The position numbers and the translations under genes were made by a program. Shown here piece by piece: positions 27,940 to 38,712 of a stretch of 64,000 nt of DNA. Numbering within the stretch: the first letter of the stretch is position 1; each line of letters opens with the position of its first letter. The stretch comes from Tubulanus polymorphus (taxonomy: Eukaryota; Animalia; Nemertea): positions 13,895,653 to 13,959,652 of the forward strand of contig NC_134028.1 of the NCBI RefSeq assembly GCF_964204645.1. The letters run 5' to 3'. The notes below the pieces were generated by a model. That model ran no database searches and had not been told where the DNA came from. It worked only from the letters and a program-made list of their open reading frames with translations.

Positions 27940-29022
27940 TGATCCGCAGCTGAATTGTACTTTCAAAAAGATCAAACGATTAATATACGTAGGTTTCTTG
28001 GCATGGTCCTGGGAGAACACACGCATTGTTCCTTGTGTACGATAATACATTATCCGCCTTAATGGTTGTTTGTCTGAAACATTTATACTTGTATCAGACG
28101 AGCATTCTAAATCACTTTGAAGGTAATCACGGCGCTGTAGTCATGAGAAGAATTCGTGGAAATGAGCAATTATGAAATCAACTTATGAAACACTCGCTGA
28201 CCCTTAGTCTGATAATTCGATAATAAGGAGTAATATTAAAGAGTAATATTAAAAAGTAATATTAAAGAGTTTTATTATTTTAATTAATAAGAGTTTGTGT
28301 GTTTAAATTTGAATGTACTAATAATGATAAAGAATATAAATAAGAAAGATGATATTTCGGCTTACATTGTATATTACTATTTAGACAAAATTAAATACCA
28401 TTCATTGTGGGAATTGTAATCATTGGATAAGTTAAAATAAATGAGTTCGAGGGTTGGAAAAATAGTATATATGTAATCTCTTCGGTGCGGTTGAGAAGGA
28501 GAGCAGACCGGCAGGTATCATGACGTCGAGGGTCGGGTTAAAGTTAGCAGCGAATGAAAGGTCTAGGAATCAGGACCCCAGCTCTGCGTCGTGGTGCTGC
28601 GTTGGTTGCTCGTTCCCTTTTACGGCTGGCCGCAAGCAGGGTTCTGGATTTTTCTTGGGTGTGGACGCAGCCGTATAAAAGGGGCCGCACCTCGAGAGAG
28701 AGCGGACTCTTTTGGAAAGCATTTTCAGGGGAAGCATTAGAAGACTATAGAACAGATAACTTTCGGCTATCCGGTTGAATTGCATCTTCTTGTGTGCGGG
28801 ATTTGTAACAAAATTCTAAATTAAAAGGTAGGGAATTTTATAAATTGTTGAGACTTTAGTTCAGTTAAAATTGTAGAATTAAAGTTGAGTATTATCATAT
28901 TTAAATCCGGAGTTCCTTTTATTCCTTGGTTTTCGGGTTTCTGTGTTCGTGGTCGACTTTCTCGCCAGGGACCGGAGTTTGTAATAGAGGAAAAAGACAA
29001 TAGAGAAAGGGACCGCGGAACA
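27940..29022 (+). repeat. Inverted LTR copy (1083 bp) at the element's 3' end
   Basis: Reverse complement of 38713-39795 (one mismatch noticed, near 28856); TG...CA; TATAAAA at 28674-28680. Confidence 0.95.
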
Positions 29023-29061
29023 TATTGGAATATGTTCCGCGGTCCCTTTCTCTATTGTCTT
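28994..29061. repeat. Perfect 33-bp-stem hairpin at the inner edge of the inverted LTR
   Basis: AAGACAATAGAGAAAGGGACCGCGGAACATATT-GG-AATATGTTCCGCGGTCCCTTTCTCTATTGTCTT. Confidence 0.97.
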
Positions 29062-29406
29062 CGTCGCTATGATGACCCTACTCGTTTCATTGTTCGTTTA
29101 ATTAATTGTATAAATTAATGCGTAAACGTATATCCCACATAAATATCACCTAAAGTAACCACTTAAATACGCATAAAATATCATATATGGTTATTATATA
29201 TCGTATAACTATCCGTAAACGAAAATGACATGATCAGCCTGATCAAATAACAATTGCAAAATAATCTTATCACGACTATACTTACAAAGCCGTCTTATAA
29301 ATTCAGGAAAAAGTGCCCATAGGACACTCCTGCCAGAATATTAACATCGCGAGGAGAGTATAACACTAATTCCTCCAAATGCGATGCTACTAAGTGATTC
29401 AAAATC

Positions 29407-32046
29407 TCAATAAAGACGTGGATACAGACGACCCTCATTTGCCAACATCGATCGCCTAGGTATGTCGAAGGACGGAGGACCTGATGGCAAATGATTGGCC
29501 AACGACGATTCTAGGACCAGAATGCTCGGTTGTTGAGTGTCGGTCTGAGCTTCAACGTCAACAGCGACAATTTCAGGTTCAACTGATGACACTACGAGTT
29601 TCGCCGCTTCTCTCAGTTCCACACTCAACGAACGATAATTAGCCACAACGATTGCTTTACTAGATACCGATAACATCTGCCTCATTTCAAACAGACTTAT
29701 CTTCAGAGGCACCGAGCATGATTTCGGTAAATTATAAACCGTCCCCTGTGAACAGGTCATTTGTTTTTCGTGCCAAGTTAAATTCAATCGAGCAACCCCA
29801 CAAGTGACCTGTAAGGCGACTCTAGTAAGAGCTGGTGGCTCTAAATAACATTCAGATTTACATCCAGACAGCGTTAGTAAAGGTAAATCGAGCCTATGTA
29901 TTCCATTCTTAATTCGCAGCATCAATCTAACTGGATACTTACCAGGCGAGCATGCCGCAGGTAAACAATGCCTGCATCTATAAAATAAAGCACGTAACAA
30001 TGGTCGAAAAACAATTATCAAAATTCCCACTACGATTAACAAAAACAGAACAACATCCACCCGAATATTTTCAGCCATGACCACTTCCTTGATAACTGAA
30101 TTATTCCAACCTCCAGAACGTAAATCGTGAATAGAGGGGTGAATTGTGACCATGGCTTGAGCGGGCGGAAGAAATCCTGCTCCTAACACTGGTATTAATC
30201 CTTGAGATTTTAACAAAACAAATATCGACAGTAACATGCTACCTGCGGATAGACCTATTGCAAGCCAAGTCATCCAACCAGTGCTACCACCATTTGAAAT
30301 AACTGGCTCCTGGTGATCAAATAATGCATCGGCTTGGGAACGGTAAAGTTTTGACTCTTGACTGACAGTTTGGGCCAGTTTCTTAAAATCCATACTAAAT
30401 TTAGTATCAACTGCCGCTACCTTTGACCAATTGTTGGTTTTAAAATCCAAAACAGGCAGCGGTGCGTATGGTGTACCCTGGAACATCGTGGCTCCAGTAA
30501 CATTTGAAACTGCATTTTTCCCAAAGAAACTATGAAGGACGGGAAGGTTCACAGCGTGTGCAATAGTTACAGTGTCCTTTTTTATGCATTTATTAATTCG
30601 ACCAGGGACATAAAACGTTGAACCCCGCAATGCACATGCACAACCAATTTTTATTAAGCAAAAACGACATGCTGGAATCGCTTGTGGTGACTTGCCGGGG
30701 CATGCGAGAGTCCAAAAGTCATCACTGCCTGATACGAGGAAATAGCCGTCGCCCACATCAGCCGCTAGTTCGGCGAGGCCCCCGACCTCGTACCTTATGT
30801 GACATAGCGCTAACACCCGCGAGGGCCTGTCGAAGAAAAGACTACTTAGGCACGAATCAACGGTAATTTCGCGCATGGAGACGCGCTGCTGGCAAGTCAT
30901 CACATCAGTACCATGACAAGTGGAAAAGATATCATGACCCATTTCTGTATAATAGTTACCATCCCTGGTCGCGCCAAAATACGGGGGCGTCCCCACGATC
31001 ATTGAAGTGTTATATGATGTGGCGTTTATTGGGACCGGCATAAGGACCACGGAATACAAATCAAAATAGGTCTGACTAGACTGTAACGGAATTTTGACGG
31101 ATATATAAACATATTTATCTGACTTGGTGAAACAAACATCCTTGACCATATAATAGTACCCCACCTCTCTATTAGCTATAGAAAAGCCTGAGTGCATTCT
31201 ATTAAGTTTTTCCGACACGCCGTCAAGAACGGTAGACAACATTTTAGGGTTGACCAGGGCCCGTGGCAAATATCCCTCCAATAGTTTTTCAATCCCCTGT
31301 AGCCACTCGCCCGAAACTGTCGTCAACCTCTCCACTAAAATTATATTTCGTATCGTCATGTCGGCCGCCAATGCCAGCATGCTAGCATCAACGCTTCGAC
31401 TCAATAGTGCTCCTCGAATGGACTTTAACTCTTTAGAATTAGCAACGTACGCCGAAGTCAGACTACTGATCCGAGTGTCCGTCGCATTGATAAACGAGGA
31501 AAGTGTCCCCTGTATATGGGTAATCTGATCTGAATTGAGCTTGACAATCTTCTCGACTTTCTCTACGTGTGACTCTACTTGTTGGACTTCGTCCTCGGTA
31601 GCTGTACCGAACAAGGAAGAAGAAATCGAACCTATCCAAGAAAGCGGTGCTCGTTTGACTCTTTGCACATTGGCGTGTCGTTTCTTTCGGGAACTGGCGT
31701 TTGCCGCATCCGGGATCATTCGCCTCACATCAGCTAATTGTCCCCTGATGTGAACTAACGTGTCCAACTGAAGACGATGTGCCTCTCGATACATCGCCGC
31801 ATAACCGGTGCAATGAGCGCGAATGTTAGGTTGTACAAGCGAACAGCGTAGTCGCAGACCTTTACTTGGCGGGTCGTCGACTACCAGCCACGGTATTGCA
31901 AACGTGTGGAACCACGCACTATCCCCGTTATGCACTCCACCTATTCTGTGAAAAGCCGCACCGTAGTTCGGCCTCAAAACTGTAGCTGGCGTTGACCCAT
32001 AAGCTTGGGCGAACCAAAGAACCAGTAGTACGAGCGCAACCTGCAT
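29407..32046 (-). CDS. env: Envelope glycoprotein of the baculovirus-F/errantivirus type, intact
   Basis: Signal peptide MQVALVLLVLWFAQA; furin site RVKR followed by fusion peptide APLSWIGSISSSLFGTAT; heptad region; Cys-rich ectodomain; TM segments. Splice acceptor TTATCTTTTCAG immediately before the ATG. Confidence 0.92.
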   Translation of the reverse strand: MQVALVLLVLWFAQAYGSTPATVLRPNYGAAFHRIGGVHNGDSAWFHTFAIPWLVVDDPPSKGLRLRCSLVQPNIRAHCTGYAAMYREAHRLQLDTLVHIRGQLADVRRMIPDAANASSRKKRHANVQRVKRAPLSWIGSISSSLFGTATEDEVQQVESHVEKVEKIVKLNSDQITHIQGTLSSFINATDTRISSLTSAYVANSKELKSIRGALLSRSVDASMLALAADMTIRNIILVERLTTVSGEWLQGIEKLLEGYLPRALVNPKMLSTVLDGVSEKLNRMHSGFSIANREVGYYYMVKDVCFTKSDKYVYISVKIPLQSSQTYFDLYSVVLMPVPINATSYNTSMIVGTPPYFGATRDGNYYTEMGHDIFSTCHGTDVMTCQQRVSMREITVDSCLSSLFFDRPSRVLALCHIRYEVGGLAELAADVGDGYFLVSGSDDFWTLACPGKSPQAIPACRFCLIKIGCACALRGSTFYVPGRINKCIKKDTVTIAHAVNLPVLHSFFGKNAVSNVTGATMFQGTPYAPLPVLDFKTNNWSKVAAVDTKFSMDFKKLAQTVSQESKLYRSQADALFDHQEPVISNGGSTGWMTWLAIGLSAGSMLLSIFVLLKSQGLIPVLGAGFLPPAQAMVTIHPSIHDLRSGGWNNSVIKEVVMAENIRVDVVLFLLIVVGILIIVFRPLLRALFYRCRHCLPAACSPGKYPVRLMLRIKNGIHRLDLPLLTLSGCKSECYLEPPALTRVALQVTCGVARLNLTWHEKQMTCSQGTVYNLPKSCSVPLKISLFEMRQMLSVSSKAIVVANYRSLSVELREAAKLVVSSVEPEIVAVDVEAQTDTQQPSILVLESSLANHLPSGPPSFDIPRRSMLANEGRLYPRLY

Positions 32047-32106
32047 TCTGAAAAGATAACAATGAGCCACGTCAATATGGCAAACTTTGGAACAGTCGTC
32101 GTCCTT

Positions 32107-35100
32107 CTATCGGCGCCTATTTTTAGTTTTCCGGCCCCTGGACTTGGACCTAGCCGCTAAGTCATCCCAATAGGCTCTAATAACTTCTGGGTTCAAGTTT
32201 TCAGCTGGCTCAAACGTATTGTCCTTGTTGTCATAACCAACCCATTTGATGAGATATTTCAAAATTCCCTTTTCTTTCTTGTGACGAATAATCTTTTCTA
32301 CGTAGTAGACAGGCTCCACGTCACTCGTAGTTGGTTTGTCTGGCAGAGCCTGTCCGGGATATTCATTTGATCCCCCATGGTCGTCTGTCAAATTATTTGG
32401 CCGGTCGTCTTGGTGATCCTCGTCCTGGTCACCATCGTTTCCATTATCGATATCGTCGTCGATCCTGTCCAACGGTCGAATGTCAGTAGAGAAGAAGTAT
32501 TTCATCCGATTACAATGAATCGGCACTGCTAATTCCTTATTGTTTTCGTCCTCTAAGATGAAAGAAACAGGAGAAAGCTTTCGAACAACCCGATATGGAC
32601 CAGTCCATTGATGTAAGAGTTTCTTACTCAGCCCTTTTACTTTCTTTGGTGTGAAAACTAAGACTTGGTCACCTACGTCAAAAGTTGGCGGGACTGCCGT
32701 TCTATCAAAACGTTCCTTCATCCTTTCTTGAGCCCTTTTGATGTTATCTCTGGCTAATTCCCTGGCTTCTTTCAATTTCGGTAACATGGCCTGAACAAAA
32801 CCTCCTGCGTCAAAGTAGACATCTTTCGGGTTGAGAAGAGCAACATCCATTGGAAGCTTTGGCTCTCGACCGTACATTAAAAAGAACGGAGAATATTGTG
32901 ATGTGTCTGACGCTGGACTAACCCTGTACGCAAAAAGAATTGGATCTAAGTACGTATCCCAATCTGTCTGACGGTCGTTACAATACATGCTTAGGGCCTT
33001 GACTATAACCAAATTCATGTGCTCAACTTGACCTTGAGTCTGTGGTCTATAAGCACTAGAGCGAGCCCGAGGCGTATTACAGAGTCGCGACACCTCATTC
33101 ATCAACTTACTCAAGAAATTGGTTCCGCGATCGCTCTGTAACACAGATGGGGCCCCGTGTCGGCAAATGATTTGCTCATAAAATATTCTAGCAACTGTGG
33201 CTGCCTCTTGGTCTTTCATAGCAAATGCTTCGACCCATTTTGTAAGATAATCAACGAAAACTAGAATATACTTATTCCCTGAAATAGTTGTTGGAAATGG
33301 ACCACATACATCCATTGAGACCCTGTCCCATGGTCCAGTGACAGCGATCGGATTAACTGGGGCTCGTATGGGCTTTCCCGGCTTATTTTTGGTTGCACAG
33401 TCTCTACAAGATTTGATCCACTTTTCTACGTCTTTGTACATACCCGACCAATAATACCTAGCCCTTAATGTCTCATAGGTCCTCTTATGTCCCAAGTGAC
33501 CACCGGTCATTGAATCATGACCTGCTTCTAGAATTTCGGTGCGCATATTTTTGGGGATCACTAGTTGTCGCGGACCATCTGCCTCTATCTTTTTCTTTGT
33601 GTCTACATGATAGAGTAGCCCTTCGTCATCCAAGAAGTAGTAGTCTGACGACAACAGGATTTCTCTGGCCTCCTTGTCCTCTTCCGGTAAGGAGCCGTCG
33701 GCTAGATAATTAATGATATTCAGCAGATTCGGATCAGACCGTTGATTTACAGACATGTCGTTTGGAATCGGATCTCGATTTTCGGCTTGTACCGCGCATG
33801 CCTCAATCGTGTCCTCTTCGATCTGGGGCTCAGGATACGGTCTCCGCGATAGACCGTCAGCATTGCCGTGCGATTTCCCCGGACGATGAGAGATAGAATA
33901 ATCAAACTGTTCAAGATAAAGCGCTATGCGACCCAAACGACCCGACAAATTCTTCATTGATTTTAGATATTGGAGACAGCTATGGTCAGTTATTATTTCA
34001 AAGTGATATCCCCTCAGATAGGGTTCGAATTTCCGAACTCCTGCCGCTACTGCGAGAAGTTCACGGTCCGTGGTGGAGTAATTCTTTTCGGCTTTTGTTA
34101 ACCCACGCCCTGCATATGCGATTGCTCTCTCAGTGCCCTCCTGAACCTGTGCTAATACCATGCCAATGCCATCGTCAGAGGCATCCGTATATAGTAAAAA
34201 TGGAGCTCCCCCATATATGGGATAGGCCAGAATAGGAACTTCGAGCATTGCGTGTTTCAAGGTGTCAAACGCTCGTTGACATGCAGCATCCCATTTATAT
34301 GGAACACTTTTCTTGGTTAGATTATGGAGCGGCGCGGCTATAGTACTATACCCCTTACAGAATCGCCTATAGTAATTGGTAAACCCAAGAAAGCTGCGCA
34401 GTTGTTTTAGGGTGGTTGGAATGGGCCAGTTCTGGACCGCTGCTACTTTTTCGGGGTCGGTAGCAATGCCGTCTTATGATAAACGGTGACCTAAGAAGTT
34501 GATTTCCTTGAGTGCGAAGTAGCACTTCTTAGGGTTCAGACGAAGCCCTGACGCTCGGAAACGATCAAAAATTCGCGCCAAATGTTCTAAGTGGGAGTCG
34601 AACGAGTCTGAATAGCAGATAATATCATCTAGGTATACAAGGCAAAACTTCCCGATCAAATTCCTAAGAAGACCACCCGTAAGTCTTTGAAAAGTCGATG
34701 GAGCTGATTTCAAACCGAAAGGCAATACCTTGAATTCTAGCAGACCAGTTATAAATGCAGTCTTTTCTCTGCTAGCTTCATCTACACCAACCTGCCAATA
34801 ACCGCTCAAGAGGTCAAGTGAGCTAAAATATCTCGGTGATGCCTGTCCAACTTGAGCTAATAAATCGTCAATCCTCGGCAAGGGAAAAGAATCAGTCCGA
34901 GTGACAGCATTGAGTGCTCTATAATCTACACAAAATCGCCACTTGACCTCACCGTCTGGGCTCTTTTTCTGTACTAACACCACTGGGGCAGCCCAAGGGC
35001 TCGTACTATATTGAACAATTCCATTGTCCAACATTTGTTTTACATGAGTGTCGATGACTTCCTGCATACGAGGGGTTGCCCTATATGGCCTCTTCCGAAT

Positions 35101-37143
35101 AGGGGGTGCATCTCCAGTGTCTATAACGTGTTTGACAAAGTCCGTCTTACCCAATTCCTCTGGGGACCTAGCAAAAACATCTTTGTACGAGTGCAGTAAC
35201 TTAAGAAGTTTTGTTCGTTGTGACGGCATCAGGTCAGACTTGACTAGATCGATCTCAGGTAGTCCTATGTCAGCTGATGTCTGCGGCTCGTTAACCTGAG
35301 TAAAATTGACCTCTGGTGGCCTTGGAAGCTGGCCAAAATCCCCCTTAGTTGACAGCGTCCATCCCTCTGTCCATAAATGACCCAAGCACGTACCCTCATA
35401 CAAGGTCACATGTCGGGATGTAGGGTTCATGACCCTAATGGGAATCCCTGTTGAAGTGACATCAACTACTGACCTAGCGCCTAACAAATCCTGAGTGCGA
35501 AGATGGTTAGATGGCTCAAATACAGCAAACGGCGCTGGAGGTTTGTCCGACAAACAGTTCCCGTTCACAATTACTTCACACGAAGGTGGGACAATTGTCA
35601 TTTCGGTCACTTTAACTGTCGAGGGTTTTCCTAGATTGACTGTATTGCTACTAAAATGGATTGTGTCGGCACCTGGCAGCAGGAGAGCTTTCTTGCCGTA
35701 ATCAATAACAGCATGTTGCTGTTCTAGGAAGTCTGCTCCGAGAATAACATCGGAGCTCACGTCATCGACAACATACATAGAATGGGTGAGATCTAGATTA
35801 CCCAGCTGAAAGTTTATGTCTACTAATCCTCTCAAGTTAAACTTACTTCCATCTACCCCACGAGCGGAATGGAATAGTCCTTCTCGCGTTTCACCTGACT
35901 GAATCTGCGGATTTCTATGTAAACAACCACTATTTAAAACGGATATTTCCGCGCCGGTGTCAATAAGAATATTAAGTGGTATACCAGAATGATGACCAAC
36001 TACCCGATTAGCAACAGTAGCCATTATTGACGGAAAATAGTTCTGGGTAACCCCGTCCTGTTCGTCGATTGTGGAGGCAGAAACTCCACTAAAAACCTCT
36101 GTATTACGTGTCGACTCGTCCTTTTCGGCCTCTGAGTCTACGACAACCTCGTCTTGAACCAAGTCACTTCCCTCGTTACACCCATACAACCCATTATCCG
36201 AACTCTCATTCGGTCGAGAAAAATTAAAAGATTCTTCCTGCGAAAATGTGTTAGCTAATTCAGCCTCTTTTTGGCAGAAGGCAGCTTCCGCTGACCTTGG
36301 TGACTTCAATTCGGACTGATTTGTATCTTCGACCACACCCTGATTTAGTATTTTACTCTCTGAGTATTTTACCTTGTGATTAATTTTATTTGATGGCATA
36401 ATTTCGCATTGTACCGCTGATTCAACTGTCGCAGGGCAACTCTGTTGCGCGACTTCATGCCCCTTAATTATCGGAGAACCCTGTTCCCGCATACCGTCGC
36501 CAGTCGTCGAATTCCCCGGATCGACATTCAGACTGCAGCGCGGCCTACTATCATAACACACATTAAGGCATGATTTATTCGTTTGAATCTCATCTATAAC
36601 CACCGGATCACAAAATGTGACTTTTTTATGCCCTTCTCCATAGAATTTATCCCCAAATCGAACTTCATCTTCTTTTAAGTCATTTTCAAATTCAGATTCT
36701 TTGTCTTGACCGTTATAAAAATGATCTGCCCCCCACGAGGGTGTACGACACTCAGAGAACGTTCCAGAATAATCTTTAAGTTCAGTTTCATCAAAATAAT
36801 AAGAATCAGTCCAATCAGTTTTCAAGTCTTGATCATATTCTGATGGATCAAATAATTCGCAATCATCTAGACACGATTGCGACGACAAATACATGTCCTC
36901 ATTATAAAAATCACCATTTCTACAGGAAGAATCATCGTAATACCAGTGTTGATAGTAGTGACTATCATCCCACCAGAAATCAGATTCCCCTAGCGACGCA
37001 TTTGTTGCGGGCCGTATTGTCGATTCGTCACTGGGCGGCCATTCCTCATAGGATGTTCGTTGGCTACACTGGGGCGACCATTTGTGGTGGTTCGACCCCA
37101 CCCTTGCTGGTCTCCTACAGGATGAGGTCCCATGGCGTTTCCC
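32107..37143 (-). pseudogene. pol: Gypsy Pol (PR-RT-RNaseH-IN-chromodomain) with one in-frame stop at 34474-34476
   Basis: LIDTGA, YLDD, YTDAS/ITDH, GH..H/C..C, SMDVCGP/QSDRG/GQVE, WTGPY, and chromodomain YYVEKII..YLIKWVGY..TFEPAENL. ORFs 34474-37155 and 32107-34260 are in the same frame. Confidence 0.93.
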
Positions 37144-38165
37144 TGATTTGGCCAATTCAACCCTGGGCGTTGATTGCTAAATCTTCTATTGTTGTAATAA
37201 CGTCTAGAGTTTGCCGGGCTAGAATTATTAAGATTTCTGTCGTCTGGGCGCCTCTGATATCCCTGATCCACTTGCCAGGTAGGGCAGTTACGGGCGTAAT
37301 GTCCCGGGGCGTGGCAGCGGTAACAAATCACGCTCCCTCCGCTTGATCTCTGTAGAGATCGCCTTTCATCTGGAGATACTCCCCTCTCATGCTGGTCATG
37401 GCGTCTAGGGTTCGAATCCCTATTTTGAGTTGACATGAGTTGTTTAAACATGTCACGCAATTCAGCCATGACTTCTCGTACCTCCTGATTCGGGCTTGCC
37501 TCAAGCTGATTAACCGAGGGGGCAGTTTTCTTCTTTTTTTCTATGTGTTCTGCCATCCTACCGGCCTCCCAGGCATCTCTAAAAGTAGCGGGCCGCTGGG
37601 ACAGCAGATAAAAGGAAATTTCCGGTTTCGAGTTGTTAATTAACAACATTTTCTTCTGGTGATCAGAGAACTTTAAGCTAGAAGCCAACCGATCGATGTC
37701 CTCAGCAAATTGGTCAATCGGTTGCCCCTCCCCCTGTTTCATGGTTGTCAGGGCAGATTCCCTGACTATGGCCCAAGTTGTCGGGCTAAACTGTTTTATG
37801 AAAGCAGCAACGATATCATCCCAAGGGGTAATTTTTAAGTTGCCAGCCGCATCGGTCTCTTGATCGATGTGCAGATCGTTGAAAAGGACCAAAGCAGGTC
37901 CGGACAGAAACCAGAAAATCTGTTTCTTTTTGTCCTCAGTGGTCCAGCCTCTGAGGTCAGCGAGCCTATCATATCCCCTAAACCATTCATCCACATCTTG
38001 ATTGTCCCGGCCTGTGAATTTCGGAAGGAGGCTGTAATTTACAAACGCTGCTGCTGAGCCCATCTGCTCCTGAAGCCCGGTCAGCGCCCGCATGACTGTG
38101 TCATTGCTGACCGAACTATCAGCAGCCGTACCCGGATCCCCTTGGGCCCGACTTCGAGTCGTCAT
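36990..38165 (-). CDS. gag: Gypsy Gag with CCHC knuckle
   Basis: LPKFTG..W, MKQGEGQPI capsid motifs, CYRCHAPGHYARNC. Confidence 0.93.
   Translation of the reverse strand: MTTRSRAQGDPGTAADSSVSNDTVMRALTGLQEQMGSAAAFVNYSLLPKFTGRDNQDVDEWFRGYDRLADLRGWTTEDKKKQIFWFLSGPALVLFNDLHIDQETDAAGNLKITPWDDIVAAFIKQFSPTTWAIVRESALTTMKQGEGQPIDQFAEDIDRLASSLKFSDHQKKMLLINNSKPEISFYLLSQRPATFRDAWEAGRMAEHIEKKKKTAPSVNQLEASPNQEVREVMAELRDMFKQLMSTQNRDSNPRRHDQHERGVSPDERRSLQRSSGGSVICYRCHAPGHYARNCPTWQVDQGYQRRPDDRNLNNSSPANSRRYYNNRRFSNQRPGLNWPNQGNAMGPHPVGDQQGWGRTTTNGRPSVANEHPMRNGRPVTNRQYGPQQMRR
37091..37143 (-). promoter_or_regulatory. Putative -1 ribosomal frameshift signal (G GGA AAC plus downstream stem-loop)
   Basis: Pol is in the -1 frame relative to gag. 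Heptamer at 37137-37143; GACCTCATCC pairs with GGGTGGGGTC starting about 7 nt downstream. Confidence 0.75.
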
Positions 38166-38317
38166 TGTAAAAAAAATTCATTCAAAATTTCTATTGTTAA
38201 AATCATTATTACTATTACCGATATTCTAACTGATATTACTATTATTATTATTCTTATTATTATCTTATTATTATTATTATCCCTAAAATTCGTAGGAATA
38301 ATGCCAATGTATGGAAT

Positions 38318-38584
38318 TTATTGAAAGATCATGGCATAAAACCTAGAGCTTTCCGCCCATGAGGGGTCTTTGTGCTCTTTTCCCAGCACTTCCGCGGTTT
38401 CTACGAGGCAATTTCGAAGGTGCCTTAACTTTGGCCCATTAGCATTTACAATAAGCTCAAATGTTTCCTCGTCACCGGATGCGTTCGCATCCTGCTCCGC
38501 CCAATAGAGACCGTATAGGCCATCCGTGAATACTTCTAACAGAAAATCATAGGTTTCTTGGGCCTCTATGATCTCTTCATCCAT
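38318..38584 (-). CDS. Small acidic leader ORF (88 aa) between PBS and gag, function unknown
   Basis: ATG-initiated, GC-richer island within an AT-rich leader. Confidence 0.55.
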   Translation of the reverse strand: MDEEIIEAQETYDFLLEVFTDGLYGLYWAEQDANASGDEETFELIVNANGPKLRHLRNCLVETAEVLGKEHKDPSWAESSRFYAMIFQ

Positions 38585-38691
38585 AATTCAGAAATTATAT
38601 ATAATACTATCGTATTAGAAATTCAGAAATTTTTTTGTGTTATTTAAATTGGAATTTAAAGTAGCTAATTTATTATATATTATTCCGGAGT

Positions 38692-38709
38692 TCCCGGGTT
38701 TCGGCACCA
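38692..38709 (-). promoter_or_regulatory. Primer binding site complementary to the tRNA-Phe 3' end
   Basis: TGGTGCCGAAACCCGGGA, 3 nt after the LTR's terminal CA. Confidence 0.9.
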
Positions 38710-38712
38710 ATA

